Of a DNA stretch of 64,000 bases, positions 9,418 to 19,018 are shown piece by piece. Below the pieces are notes generated by a model. The model was given only the letters and a program-made list of their open reading frames with translations, ran no database searches and had not been told where the DNA came from. How positions within the stretch are numbered: the stretch's first letter is position 1; the number at the start of each line of letters is the position of its first letter. This DNA is from a virus: IMG/VR virus record IMGVR_UViG_3300044615_001997; one strand, written 5' to 3'. The position numbers and the translations under genes were made by a program.

Positions 9418-9730
9418 AGACTATGTTCTTGAGTTGGTAGAAAGTTCTTCTGGAAGTTATTATCTTCTAGAAAATGAGCTAGATTATGATAACGGAGAGT
9501 TTAAAAAAACTGAACTTTTTAAAAGTCACACCGACTTGGAAGAAATTGAAGATTACTTTAGAGCACAGTGCAGTAAGAAGTTAAAAGAGAAATATTCGCT
9601 AGCTGAAAATGGCGATACGTTTAATCATGTAAAGTTTTTACTGGATTATTCTGAACAGCACATTAATAAAGCTGAACAACAAACAGCACTTGAAACTACC
9701 GAAGAAATGCCTAGATTAATTAGACTATGA
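9365..9730 (+). CDS. hypothetical protein, possibly a degenerate WGR-like fold
   Basis: beta-rich N-terminus (RDYVLELV..Y.L) and KLKEKY end; WGR motif itself absent. Confidence 0.4.
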   Translation: MRRIRTAFFKKINKRVTRDYVLELVESSSGSYYLLENELDYDNGEFKKTELFKSHTDLEEIEDYFRAQCSKKLKEKYSLAENGDTFNHVKFLLDYSEQHINKAEQQTALETTEEMPRLIRL

Positions 9731-10821
9731 AATTTCTAGTCATATCAGATCAGCATTTAGGACATAAGCTATATAATTTCCCTGAGCTTGAAAACGATTC
9801 CAGGCAATTATTTTCTTCGGTTGTGGACCTGGCGCAGAGCTTAAAAGTAGATTATTTGGTCTCTGTCGGAGACCTTTTTGACAATAACCGTCCTACATCA
9901 GAACTAATCGACTTTGTGTCATTTGAGCTGGATCGATTGAAGGAAGCTGGTATAGGCGCTGTAGCCATTGCTGGAGATCATAGCAAACCATTGGATGGCG
10001 TTACTTGGGAAAAGATCTGTGGATTTAAACCCATTAACTCTGTTCCTGAGTTTGTTGGAATTGACTACAATGATAATCCCAAACAAACACTGGAGTTACT
10101 TAACAAGGAATTAAACAACCGGCCTGAAAATAGCGTTAAGTTTATTTTTATGCATCAACAAATTCCCGAGCTTTGGCCGTTTTGTGACGAGAAGAAAATA
10201 ATACCTTTAAAAGACATAGATTTTTCTAATCATTGCCACTCATTAAAGGCTGTGTTTTTGGGCGATATTCACAAACGCAAAGAAATGTGGTATAAAGATC
10301 CTGTCTGTAACTCGAAAATATTCATAGGTTATTGTGGAAGTTTAGGTGTTACTGCCTCGGATGAAACTGAAAAAGAAGGTTTGTATCTTTGGGCCGACGA
10401 TTCTTTGAACTTGGTGGAATATTCATTGCCTAGACAGTTTATCAGCATTACGATCAATAAGGACAACATCGATACATTAGTAAAATCTCAGTTTGATAAA
10501 TATCAAAATTCAGACAGTAGACCTGTATTTATATGTAAATATTCTCCAGATGTTTCTGAGCAGCTGAATAAGCTAAATTTCTTGTATGAGTTAGGAATAG
10601 TTAAATTCACGAGAGTTAGGATAGATAAAACAGAGGCAGAAGAATACATAAACATACGTTCTGAATTAAAGACAAACGACAGAATTTCTATTGTTTTAAA
10701 AAATTTGATTAATGGTCGAAAAGATGGAAATGTATTGTACGATTATGGATATCGTTTACTGCTGGATGAAGATCCAGCTAACGTTCTAGATGAATTAAAA
10801 TTAAATTATATAACAAACTAA
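9727..10821 (+). CDS. sbcD: Mre11/SbcD-like DNA repair nuclease
   Basis: SDQHLG, GDLFD, GDHS, MHQ, LGDIH, YCGS metallophosphoesterase motifs. Confidence 0.88.
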   Translation: MKFLVISDQHLGHKLYNFPELENDSRQLFSSVVDLAQSLKVDYLVSVGDLFDNNRPTSELIDFVSFELDRLKEAGIGAVAIAGDHSKPLDGVTWEKICGFKPINSVPEFVGIDYNDNPKQTLELLNKELNNRPENSVKFIFMHQQIPELWPFCDEKKIIPLKDIDFSNHCHSLKAVFLGDIHKRKEMWYKDPVCNSKIFIGYCGSLGVTASDETEKEGLYLWADDSLNLVEYSLPRQFISITINKDNIDTLVKSQFDKYQNSDSRPVFICKYSPDVSEQLNKLNFLYELGIVKFTRVRIDKTEAEEYINIRSELKTNDRISIVLKNLINGRKDGNVLYDYGYRLLLDEDPANVLDELKLNYITN

Positions 10822-10822
10822 T

Positions 10823-11149
10823 ATGAGTAAAAACATAGTTAAAAAAGTCGAACCTACCGGAGATGTTTGCGTTAAATTCACTGAAGAAGAAATGCAGCAA
10901 TTAAATATCGCCCCTGGAGACAAGTTCTCAATGGACATTGTCGATGGCGGTATCATGCTCAAAAAATTCGTCAAAGTAGAAATAGATATATCAGATTGGT
11001 CCAGAGAACTGTTGGAAAGCTTGATAGATGTTTCTTGCACGGAAGATATCAGCGTAAATGAAGTTATATCAAACATCATTAAAAAAAGAATATCTAAAGA
11101 TGGCGTTATTTCTGGTGACGTAGAGCCACACGAAATACCGGAATGGTGA
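10823..11149 (+). CDS. AbrB/MazE-like DNA-binding protein
   Basis: GDVCVKF.EE..QLNI.PGDKF swapped-hairpin pattern. Confidence 0.6.
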   Translation: MSKNIVKKVEPTGDVCVKFTEEEMQQLNIAPGDKFSMDIVDGGIMLKKFVKVEIDISDWSRELLESLIDVSCTEDISVNEVISNIIKKRISKDGVISGDVEPHEIPEW

Positions 11150-13203
11150 TGGAATTAATCCAATTAAATCTTAAAAACTTTAGAACTCACAAAAAACTAG
11201 AGCTATCCTTCAAGGAAGGAATTACCGGCATCATTGGAAATAATGGTGCCGGTAAGTCTAGTGTGATTGAGGCTATATCCTTCTTGTTAACTGGTGAAGG
11301 CTATGGAGCTAAGGCAGACATGTTGTCTGTAGGAGAAACATCTGGGTATGTATTAGGTCATCTAAAAATAGATGGGAAAGAAGCTGTCCTGGAAAGACAT
11401 TTAGATACTTCTAAAGTTGCTTTTAAATATGACGGAATTATTTATAAAAAAGCCGGAGAAGTATCTGCCATATGGGAACAATTGTTTCAAATAGATAAGA
11501 ATATATTTAAAAATATAATTATTTCCAAGCAGGGTGAAACAGCCTTATTGTTTTCTGGTGATAATAGTATAAAAGAAAAAATATTTCAAAAGATTTTCTT
11601 AGTACCTAACACCACAAAAATACGTGACACCATCTGGAATAAGTATATTAAAAGTGCTCCACCAGAATATCCGGTTCTAGATGAAGAACAAACTTTAAAA
11701 GACCTGATTAATTTGGAAAGCCAGATTATCGCCAAGAAAGAAAAGCTTAGCCGATTTCCAGTTAATATCGACTCAGAACATATCAGTTTATCTAGCCGAC
11801 AAACTTATTTGATAAATTGTAAAAATTCTGAAGCATATAAAGATTCTATTTTATCTAAAATAGCTGCATTAACTCAGGAGCAAGAACAGGTTAAAGCTGA
11901 GATAGAAACTAGCAAAACTAAGTTATCTTTAATAGATTACAATCAAATTAACGCAGCTTTACAGCAATTAACACTGAGTAAGCCAAAACATGATCAAAAA
12001 ATAAAGATTGAAAAAGATTTACACGAGATTAAAGAAAGCTTAAATAGTCTAGACTCTAAAGATTTTTCTAAATTAGAGGGGCTAGCCAGCCGTAAAGCTG
12101 AAATAAGTGCTGAATATGTTTTGTTCGATAAAGAGTATAACAGCATTAAGTCTAAGATAGATAAATTTAAGTCTAATGATTTAACTGAGGCTGAAGCTTG
12201 TCCTTACTGTGGTTCTGAGTTGAAAGACTTGGCAGCCTACTTAACGCATTTAGAAGCTAAGCTTCCAGAGCTGATTAATAAGATAGACAGCTACAGCCAA
12301 ACACTCGAACAACTCAAAACCGAATACACTGATTTATCTAAAAAGAAATTAGCGTACGAAAGTTTAAATAATGAGTTTTTACAGTTAAGTAATTCTTTAG
12401 ATGCGCTTAAAGATATTCGTTTTGATGAGGGGGAGTATAATTTATATAACAGCGTCATCAACCAGTACAACGAACTCAGCGCTAAAAAAGACGAACTAAA
12501 TGCCAGAGTTCAAGACTTGTCAGCCAGTATCATAGATCAAAATGTAAAACTTATATCTGTGGCTATTTACGATAATGCTACTAAGTCTCTAGATGAAGAG
12601 CTTTCTCAGGTTGTAAAAGACCTAGAAAAAATTAAAACAGACTTAGCCTCTAAAAAAGAGCTTGAGCTGGGTTTAGCCAAAGATGAGCAAGTTTTGGCTA
12701 TTACTCAAAAAACATTTGAAAATAACAAAGAAATTAAAGCTAAGAATGAGCAACGTAATAAGTATCTTTATATACTGAATGAATTGTATGAATTATTTCA
12801 TACTTCTCAATTTCCTAGAAAATTGATACAGACCTATGCTGGCACAGTGTCTGAATATCTCAACGAGCATCTTCAATTATTTAATTTTCCATACAACGCC
12901 AAGGTTAATGATAATTTTGGAATAGATGTGACTCACACTAATGGACATAAACTTCCATCAGTTTCAGGTGGTCAAGAAATTATGATTGGTGTTGCCCTGA
13001 GATTAGCTTTACATAATATGTTCGGTTCGGCTTTTCCCATGATGATACTTGATGAAGGTTCAGTACATTTATCTGCAGAATCTAAAAAAAGCTATTTTGA
13101 AATTATTAAAAATTTAAAGAAGATTAGCAATTTTAAACAAATAATAATTGTAGACCACGACGATGACTTATCTTCTGTGGTCGACAACACTATAAAACTA
13201 TGA
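11149..13203 (+). CDS. sbcC: Rad50/SbcC-like SMC ATPase
   Basis: LKNFRTH, GNNGAGKSS, CPYC zinc hook, signature SGGQ, ILDEG, VDHD. Confidence 0.92.
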   Translation: MELIQLNLKNFRTHKKLELSFKEGITGIIGNNGAGKSSVIEAISFLLTGEGYGAKADMLSVGETSGYVLGHLKIDGKEAVLERHLDTSKVAFKYDGIIYKKAGEVSAIWEQLFQIDKNIFKNIIISKQGETALLFSGDNSIKEKIFQKIFLVPNTTKIRDTIWNKYIKSAPPEYPVLDEEQTLKDLINLESQIIAKKEKLSRFPVNIDSEHISLSSRQTYLINCKNSEAYKDSILSKIAALTQEQEQVKAEIETSKTKLSLIDYNQINAALQQLTLSKPKHDQKIKIEKDLHEIKESLNSLDSKDFSKLEGLASRKAEISAEYVLFDKEYNSIKSKIDKFKSNDLTEAEACPYCGSELKDLAAYLTHLEAKLPELINKIDSYSQTLEQLKTEYTDLSKKKLAYESLNNEFLQLSNSLDALKDIRFDEGEYNLYNSVINQYNELSAKKDELNARVQDLSASIIDQNVKLISVAIYDNATKSLDEELSQVVKDLEKIKTDLASKKELELGLAKDEQVLAITQKTFENNKEIKAKNEQRNKYLYILNELYELFHTSQFPRKLIQTYAGTVSEYLNEHLQLFNFPYNAKVNDNFGIDVTHTNGHKLPSVSGGQEIMIGVALRLALHNMFGSAFPMMILDEGSVHLSAESKKSYFEIIKNLKKISNFKQIIIVDHDDDLSSVVDNTIKL

Positions 13204-13406
13204 GCAATAAATACGACGACATAATACCTGCCATTTTGACTGCTGCTTCAGCAGTTTATCTAGGTATGAACAGGCAGGGTAAGAAATTAAAAAATGTGGC
13301 AAAAGACTCTATACATTGCCTCTTAGACGACGGTCATAAAAAACCCAACAGGTTCAGAAAAAAATCTCGTGCTAAATTTAGAAGAAAAGAAGAGACAACT
13401 GTATAA
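13200..13406 (+). CDS. small basic hypothetical protein
   Basis: 68-aa coupled ORF. Confidence 0.55.
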   Translation: MSNKYDDIIPAILTAASAVYLGMNRQGKKLKNVAKDSIHCLLDDGHKKPNRFRKKSRAKFRRKEETTV

Positions 13407-13563
13407 CTTGCCTACAGGATACAGAATAACTATGGCTGTAGCCATATTTGTTTCTTTTCTGTTAGATAAACCTTACAGTAATTTTATCATGGGGGGTATA
13501 GCAGGAATACTGCTATACCCTCTTGTGGAATATTTTATCTACGTAACTTCCGATAAATCTTAG
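13369..13563 (+). CDS. small two-TM membrane protein (start uncertain)
   Basis: two hydrophobic segments. Confidence 0.5.
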   Translation: MLNLEEKKRQLYNLPTGYRITMAVAIFVSFLLDKPYSNFIMGGIAGILLYPLVEYFIYVTSDKS

Positions 13564-13565
13564 CT

Positions 13566-15035
13566 ATGCATATAGAAATAACCAGGTTTGATGGTGGGTT
13601 GAGGTTTAAGCCTTTTCCTCCGTATTTAACAAAATATTTAAAATATCACCATCGAGAAATGCAAACCATACAATACAAACGCGAATGTGTGTTTGTGGAA
13701 AAACTTCTCTATTCTGTAGATGCTTCTGGGTATGCATTCACTCTTCCTGGATTTTTTAAATCTGTAGTTGAATTAATACATAAGCATCATGACACGTATA
13801 ATGTAGATGATTTGAGAACAGTTCTTCCTCCTACAGACTGGGACAGAATTAAAAAGTTTAAATTAAGGGATTATCAAATCCCGTTAGTGGCTGAACTCAT
13901 ACTTAAAGGTGAAAACGATAGTGGGGTTATTAATGCTGCTGGCGGTATCGGCAAAACTCATTTAGCTGCCGTTACGTATGCCGCATGGAATAACTTAAAC
14001 ACCATACTAGCCATACCTCTAAAAGAAGTGGTTCGACAGACTTATCAAAAGTTTAAGACTTTTTTTCCTGAAAAACATGTTGGAATAATGGGGGATGGAA
14101 TGAATGATCTCAGTAACGACATAACTATAACTACGTTCAAAAGTCTAAAAAATTGTGCATTGGAAAAATGTGAATTGTTGTTGGTGGATGAGATGCAGTC
14201 TGCTGGTAGTCCTACCTTTAGAAATTGCATGAATCTAATGAAACCTGTACGTATGTTCGGGTTCAGCGCAACAACGGACGGCTTATTTAACAATACCGAT
14301 AAGTTATTAATAGGTCTTTTTGGTGAAGATTTAATTTATTTTCCTTATACAGAAGCTGAAGATGTGGCTGCAGTTGTTCCAGGAGTTGTCTACATGATTA
14401 AAATGCCTGAAAATTACTACATGTCTGATTACTCGAGTATAGAAAACAAAATTAAACACGGCATCAAAAAATGTGATGCTAGACATGAAATAATAGGTGA
14501 AGTCTGCAAAAACGTACCTGCAGATTGGCAAACTATTATATTTGTCGATCACGTTAAAGATCATTTAGTGCCGCTATATAAATATCTTCCCACAGGGACA
14601 AAATATTTGCATAGGGAATCTAGTAAAAAAGCTGTAGGCTCTTTTGCGCTCACTAATAAAGAACAGAAAACTACCGCAGAAAGTTTTTCCAACAACGAAT
14701 TTCAATTCTTGGTAGCTACAGACGCTTTCAGAGCGGGTGTAGATATACCTAATTGCAGAGTTGTTATACAGGCTTCTGGAGGATCTTCTAAAGTTGAAGT
14801 ACTTCAGGAGGCGCTACGTGGAAGCCGTATTCTTCCTGAAGAACAGCGAGCTAAATTTGATTTAACAGAAAAAACACACTTCATACTGATTGATATGATG
14901 GATAACCATGACGATGTATTAAACGGAATGGCTAAAAAAAGAATTCAGTATTATAAAGAGCAGGGCTGGACAGTCAATATCATAGACTCCATTAAAGATA
15001 TTGATTGGTTACAGATTAACACAAAATCGATTTGA
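13566..15035 (+). CDS. superfamily 2 helicase (UvsW/XPB-like)
   Basis: LRDYQ, AAGGIGKT, DEMQ, SAT, GVDIP, QEALRGSR. Confidence 0.88.
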   Translation: MHIEITRFDGGLRFKPFPPYLTKYLKYHHREMQTIQYKRECVFVEKLLYSVDASGYAFTLPGFFKSVVELIHKHHDTYNVDDLRTVLPPTDWDRIKKFKLRDYQIPLVAELILKGENDSGVINAAGGIGKTHLAAVTYAAWNNLNTILAIPLKEVVRQTYQKFKTFFPEKHVGIMGDGMNDLSNDITITTFKSLKNCALEKCELLLVDEMQSAGSPTFRNCMNLMKPVRMFGFSATTDGLFNNTDKLLIGLFGEDLIYFPYTEAEDVAAVVPGVVYMIKMPENYYMSDYSSIENKIKHGIKKCDARHEIIGEVCKNVPADWQTIIFVDHVKDHLVPLYKYLPTGTKYLHRESSKKAVGSFALTNKEQKTTAESFSNNEFQFLVATDAFRAGVDIPNCRVVIQASGGSSKVEVLQEALRGSRILPEEQRAKFDLTEKTHFILIDMMDNHDDVLNGMAKKRIQYYKEQGWTVNIIDSIKDIDWLQINTKSI

Positions 15036-15037
15036 CA

Positions 15038-15074
15038 TGTGGGTGTAGTGAGATAACTTCAAGCTACACCCACA
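15038..15074 (+). terminator. stem-loop after helicase gene
   Basis: perfect 11-bp inverted repeat TGTGGGTGTAG/CTACACCCACA; weak U tract. Confidence 0.5.
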
Positions 15075-15080
15075 CCATTT

Positions 15081-15194
15081 ATGAAAAAACTATTTTTAAT
15101 ATCGTTGTTTTTGTTTAGCTATTCATTGTTTATAGCTTTAAATACTTTCGTTATCACGTCGACAATTCATTACACACTCAAGTTACTTTCTTGA
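15081..15194 (+). CDS. 37-aa hydrophobic peptide (not in ORF track)
   Basis: MKKLFLISLFLFSYSLFIALNTFVITSTIHYTLKLLS; ends 1 nt before primase start. Confidence 0.45.
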   Translation: MKKLFLISLFLFSYSLFIALNTFVITSTIHYTLKLLS

Positions 15195-15195
15195 T

Positions 15196-16122
15196 ATGGC
15201 TAATGCCGCAATTTTAAAATTACTAAAAAATAAGTTTGGTAAAGCCAAAGGGGTTTCAGGTGGGAATTACCGTGTAAAATGTCCCACCTGCGAATCTAAA
15301 AACAGCGGCAAAATGAAACGCTATATTTCACCGGCGTGGCCTATGAGCAATTGCTTTATTTGTGAAAAGCTTTTAAAAGTAAGCGATCTTTTAACTACTG
15401 AAAGTTTTGCCTTTGTTGCTAATTATGACGTTGGTTCCGAGGAGATAGATGAATACCCTAAAGCAAAAATTTATCCTTTTGAAAAGGTAAACTTTTTGCA
15501 TGCTATGTCGGAAAACGAGCCAGTGATTCAATTCATGAAAAAAGATCATCTGACTGACTTTGCCTACTACTCTTCATTAGGTATAGCCTATATTCCTATT
15601 GATGGTGGAATGAATTTAGAGTTTGACTCTGGCTATAAAATTAACACAGCGGACAGCCTGTTTTTCCCTGTACGCCATAATGGCAGGTATGTCGGTTGGC
15701 AATTACGTTTCATTCCAGGAACAATCAATGGCGATCGTTTGCAGTATATGCGCTATCTCCACATGTTCCCGAAAGGAAATTTTTTGTACAACTACGACAA
15801 CGCTAAAAAACATGACAACGTTATTGTGGTTGAGGGAGTTAAGAAAGCTTTAAAGCTGCCAAATTCCGTAGCAACCTTTGGAAAAGGTATTTCTTCCGCA
15901 CAAAAACAGTTGATTCAAGAATGGAAGCGTATTACATTGATTCTCGACGGAGAAAACCAAACTCAGGAATTAGCACAAGAACTAACCGCCGAGTTTAAAT
16001 ACAATGGTAGGCAGGTAGTGAACGTCGATCTCAGAGATTATGGTTTAACTTCTCCCGACGAAGCCACAACAGGACAACTAAACGAAATAGTCACCAAGTT
16101 ATGGACACCGCTAACTCAGTAG
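15196..16122 (+). CDS. DnaG-like DNA primase
   Basis: CPTC...CFIC zinc finger, FPV....VGWQ.R, TOPRIM VVEG..A.FG..LD..D. Confidence 0.85.
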   Translation: MANAAILKLLKNKFGKAKGVSGGNYRVKCPTCESKNSGKMKRYISPAWPMSNCFICEKLLKVSDLLTTESFAFVANYDVGSEEIDEYPKAKIYPFEKVNFLHAMSENEPVIQFMKKDHLTDFAYYSSLGIAYIPIDGGMNLEFDSGYKINTADSLFFPVRHNGRYVGWQLRFIPGTINGDRLQYMRYLHMFPKGNFLYNYDNAKKHDNVIVVEGVKKALKLPNSVATFGKGISSAQKQLIQEWKRITLILDGENQTQELAQELTAEFKYNGRQVVNVDLRDYGLTSPDEATTGQLNEIVTKLWTPLTQ

Positions 16123-16646
16123 AATTAGAGCAAATTAAAGCACGCTTAGAAGAAAATTATTCTTATATCAGAAGCGTCATTCAACCAGGTTATGAATATC
16201 ACCCTTCACCAAAATTTGATAAAGCTTTTATTAAAGCAAGCAAGTTTTGCAAAGACAACAATTTGTCACCGGAAGAATATGCCTATGGTTTGATGTATAG
16301 TTTGGAACTCGGAAGAAAAGAATGCTTTTATCCTTCCTACTTTGGGTCTGCCACAGCCAATCAAGCTGTGCTCCAATACAAGAAAGAAAAAGCTATTGCT
16401 TACGAAGACTTACTAGAACATCAAAAAGACTTATTGTATATACAGATCAATAAGTTGGGGCGTGATTACAAAGCTGTTCTAATGGATCCCAGGTTAAAAT
16501 TCCATGCCTGGTTCAGGATATTGGCTACTGCCAACCCCGAACCAGACATTATCAACAAGTATAGCGATACAGCCAGAGCTGAAATGACGCCTGAATTGTT
16601 GGCTTTTTTGAAACAAAACAACCTAGATCTAGATAGAATATTATGA
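16101..16646 (+). CDS. hypothetical protein between primase and helicase
   Basis: 181-aa coupled ORF. Confidence 0.7.
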   Translation: MDTANSVELEQIKARLEENYSYIRSVIQPGYEYHPSPKFDKAFIKASKFCKDNNLSPEEYAYGLMYSLELGRKECFYPSYFGSATANQAVLQYKKEKAIAYEDLLEHQKDLLYIQINKLGRDYKAVLMDPRLKFHAWFRILATANPEPDIINKYSDTARAEMTPELLAFLKQNNLDLDRIL

Positions 16647-18043
16647 ATAAAAACTTATACGAAGATTCCGATTTCATTGAATTAGTCATTAAGCATATTG
16701 TTAGAGATAACAATATCTACAATTTGGCTAAAGCTTATGACTTCGGTATGGATGATGTTGGAAGTATAGATATATACAGGGCGTTCATCAAAATTGTTTT
16801 TGATGTAGGTGAAGTGCCTATCAGCATTAACTTGTTCCTGCTAAAGATCAAGGAGGCTTACTTACACGGACTACTAAATCAAACACAGGAAAATCAAATA
16901 CTCCAATTTCTTTACTGGATCTATGATGAACAACCACTCGATTCAAAATATATCGAGGAGCATATTCCTAAAATGCTGAAGCATAGAAGAATGGGAGCCA
17001 TCTTAAACTCAAAGGAAAAAGATTTCGACAAGATTGCACAAAATCTCAGTTCGTTGGCTTTTCAATTTGAGTCGGCTAAAGATTCTGAAGACGACACAGT
17101 GTTTTACCCATTCCTGAACCCAGTGTTCAAAACAAAGCAAGAAGCCTATGGAACAGGATTTATGGAAATTGACGCAGTGGCAGCAGGCCTAACACGTCAG
17201 GAATTTGGCTTGATTATTGGATATTCTGGTTCGGGTAAAACTGCTGTGGCGGTACATTCAGCACTACAAAACGCACTCAACGGAGTTAAAGTGCTCTATA
17301 TATCTCTTGAGGAGTCTTCTCCCAATATCTCAAATCGTCTCTATGCAAATTATTTTAATATAAATTATAGCGACCTTCACCACGTTAGAAACGGTGCCAA
17401 TGCCGAACTGCAGAGCAAAATTTCAGAAATGAAACCTGAAGAGCTTGATGTTCTGAAAAATATCAGAATTGCCCCACTAAAAGACAAGGCTCCTGTTACT
17501 GTGAGGTTTATAAAAGATTATCTAGACAACCTATATAAAACCGAAGGTTATGCGCCTGAGCTAGTATATATAGATCAGATGGATTATCTCGAACCTTCTG
17601 AAGATTGTGATGCTTCATGGGAAAAATACTCCAAAGTTGCTTTCGAGGTAGACGATTTATCTAACCACCTCATTGGTGGGGAGAAGCCCTTCTCGTTATG
17701 GTTACTTCATCAAGCCTCTGGAAAAATGAAACGTTACTTCACCAATGCCGACATTTCGGGGTTTAAAGGAATTATTAAACCGGCTGACTTTGTTTTGGGT
17801 ATTGGTAAAGATAAACCTGAAGATGAGACTGTTTCGCTGTTCTCCTTAAAATGCCGACATTCTAAAAATTTCACTTTTGATTACTTTGCTGACTTGGCCC
17901 ATATGCGTTTTGGAGCCATGAATAAGGGAGGCGAAGCAAGAATCAAAAAAGAAAAAGAAATGTTGGGGAAATCTACGAGACGCTCACACTTCAATACACC
18001 TAAACAACAAACATTACCATCACCCGACGGTGCTTTTGATTAA
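16643..18043 (+). CDS. dnaB: DnaB-like replicative helicase
   Basis: TGF.EID, GYSGSGKT, YISLEE, YIDQMD, LHQ, KCRH. Confidence 0.9.
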   Translation: MNKNLYEDSDFIELVIKHIVRDNNIYNLAKAYDFGMDDVGSIDIYRAFIKIVFDVGEVPISINLFLLKIKEAYLHGLLNQTQENQILQFLYWIYDEQPLDSKYIEEHIPKMLKHRRMGAILNSKEKDFDKIAQNLSSLAFQFESAKDSEDDTVFYPFLNPVFKTKQEAYGTGFMEIDAVAAGLTRQEFGLIIGYSGSGKTAVAVHSALQNALNGVKVLYISLEESSPNISNRLYANYFNINYSDLHHVRNGANAELQSKISEMKPEELDVLKNIRIAPLKDKAPVTVRFIKDYLDNLYKTEGYAPELVYIDQMDYLEPSEDCDASWEKYSKVAFEVDDLSNHLIGGEKPFSLWLLHQASGKMKRYFTNADISGFKGIIKPADFVLGIGKDKPEDETVSLFSLKCRHSKNFTFDYFADLAHMRFGAMNKGGEARIKKEKEMLGKSTRRSHFNTPKQQTLPSPDGAFD

Positions 18044-18594
18044 TGCTATTTACTGACGACATACATTACTGTGCTAGCTACGTTCCAGAAAATTTTGAGT
18101 TTGTTGTTTTGGGTACCACCCAAATACTCAGAGATATTCCAGAGCTAGCTTATCCTGTGGTAAAAGAAACTATCATTGGAGATAATAAATTCATATCACG
18201 TAGTTATGATGACGTTTATTTAATACCCATAGCCTCTAGGTTGGAATACACCAAAGAGGCTATGGAAATCCCCCTAGAACTTAAATATGACGAATACAAG
18301 AAGCTCAAAGAGATAGATTTAAAAGATTTTAAATTAGACGATGAGACTGAAACGTTATTAGTAAGATACCCGCTTTCATTCACTCCGGACGTTGATAAAG
18401 AAATAAAGCTTAAACTGCACGAAGGCAAGTTATATAAACGAATTAAATTATCCGAAGATGGAACTATAATGAGCGATGATTGGGAATTAATACATCCCAA
18501 CCACCCATTCATAAACTCATTCATGAATGACATGGTGGAGGATATATTAAAAGAATTATCGCTCGGAGAACCACAAGACGAAAATGAATACTAA
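18043..18594 (+). CDS. hypothetical acidic protein
   Basis: 183-aa coupled ORF. Confidence 0.65.
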   Translation: MLFTDDIHYCASYVPENFEFVVLGTTQILRDIPELAYPVVKETIIGDNKFISRSYDDVYLIPIASRLEYTKEAMEIPLELKYDEYKKLKEIDLKDFKLDDETETLLVRYPLSFTPDVDKEIKLKLHEGKLYKRIKLSEDGTIMSDDWELIHPNHPFINSFMNDMVEDILKELSLGEPQDENEY

Positions 18595-19018
18595 AGAACA
18601 AACATTTACAATTAAACAATTTGACACCTGCTCGAAGAGCTTTCCTACCGTTAAATTTGAAATGCCTGAATCTTCATCATTAGATGATGTCATCGAAGCA
18701 TTTGAAGCATTCTTAATAGGTGTGACTTTCGAGCTGCCTAAAGGAGCCAGGCTAGGATTGGTATACGATGAGGAAACAGAAAGACAGAAGTTGGAAGAAA
18801 AATATGGTAAAGACGAAGATAAAATTGACTCTGGAAAAGAATATCAAACATTAGCAGGAACTACACCTGATGGTGGAGGTTGGTCGATTTCTCATCCTGT
18901 GTGGTCGGAGTCTTTTACTTATCCAACAACTCAAACACTCACCACTTCTACTCCAATAACACCAGCACCGGCAAAGACCGCTAAAAAAAAGAAGAGTAAA
19001 AAGAAGAAAAATAAATGA
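18584..19018 (+). CDS. hypothetical protein with Thr/Pro linker and Lys-rich tail
   Basis: 144-aa coupled ORF. Confidence 0.65.
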   Translation: MNTKEQTFTIKQFDTCSKSFPTVKFEMPESSSLDDVIEAFEAFLIGVTFELPKGARLGLVYDEETERQKLEEKYGKDEDKIDSGKEYQTLAGTTPDGGGWSISHPVWSESFTYPTTQTLTTSTPITPAPAKTAKKKKSKKKKNK

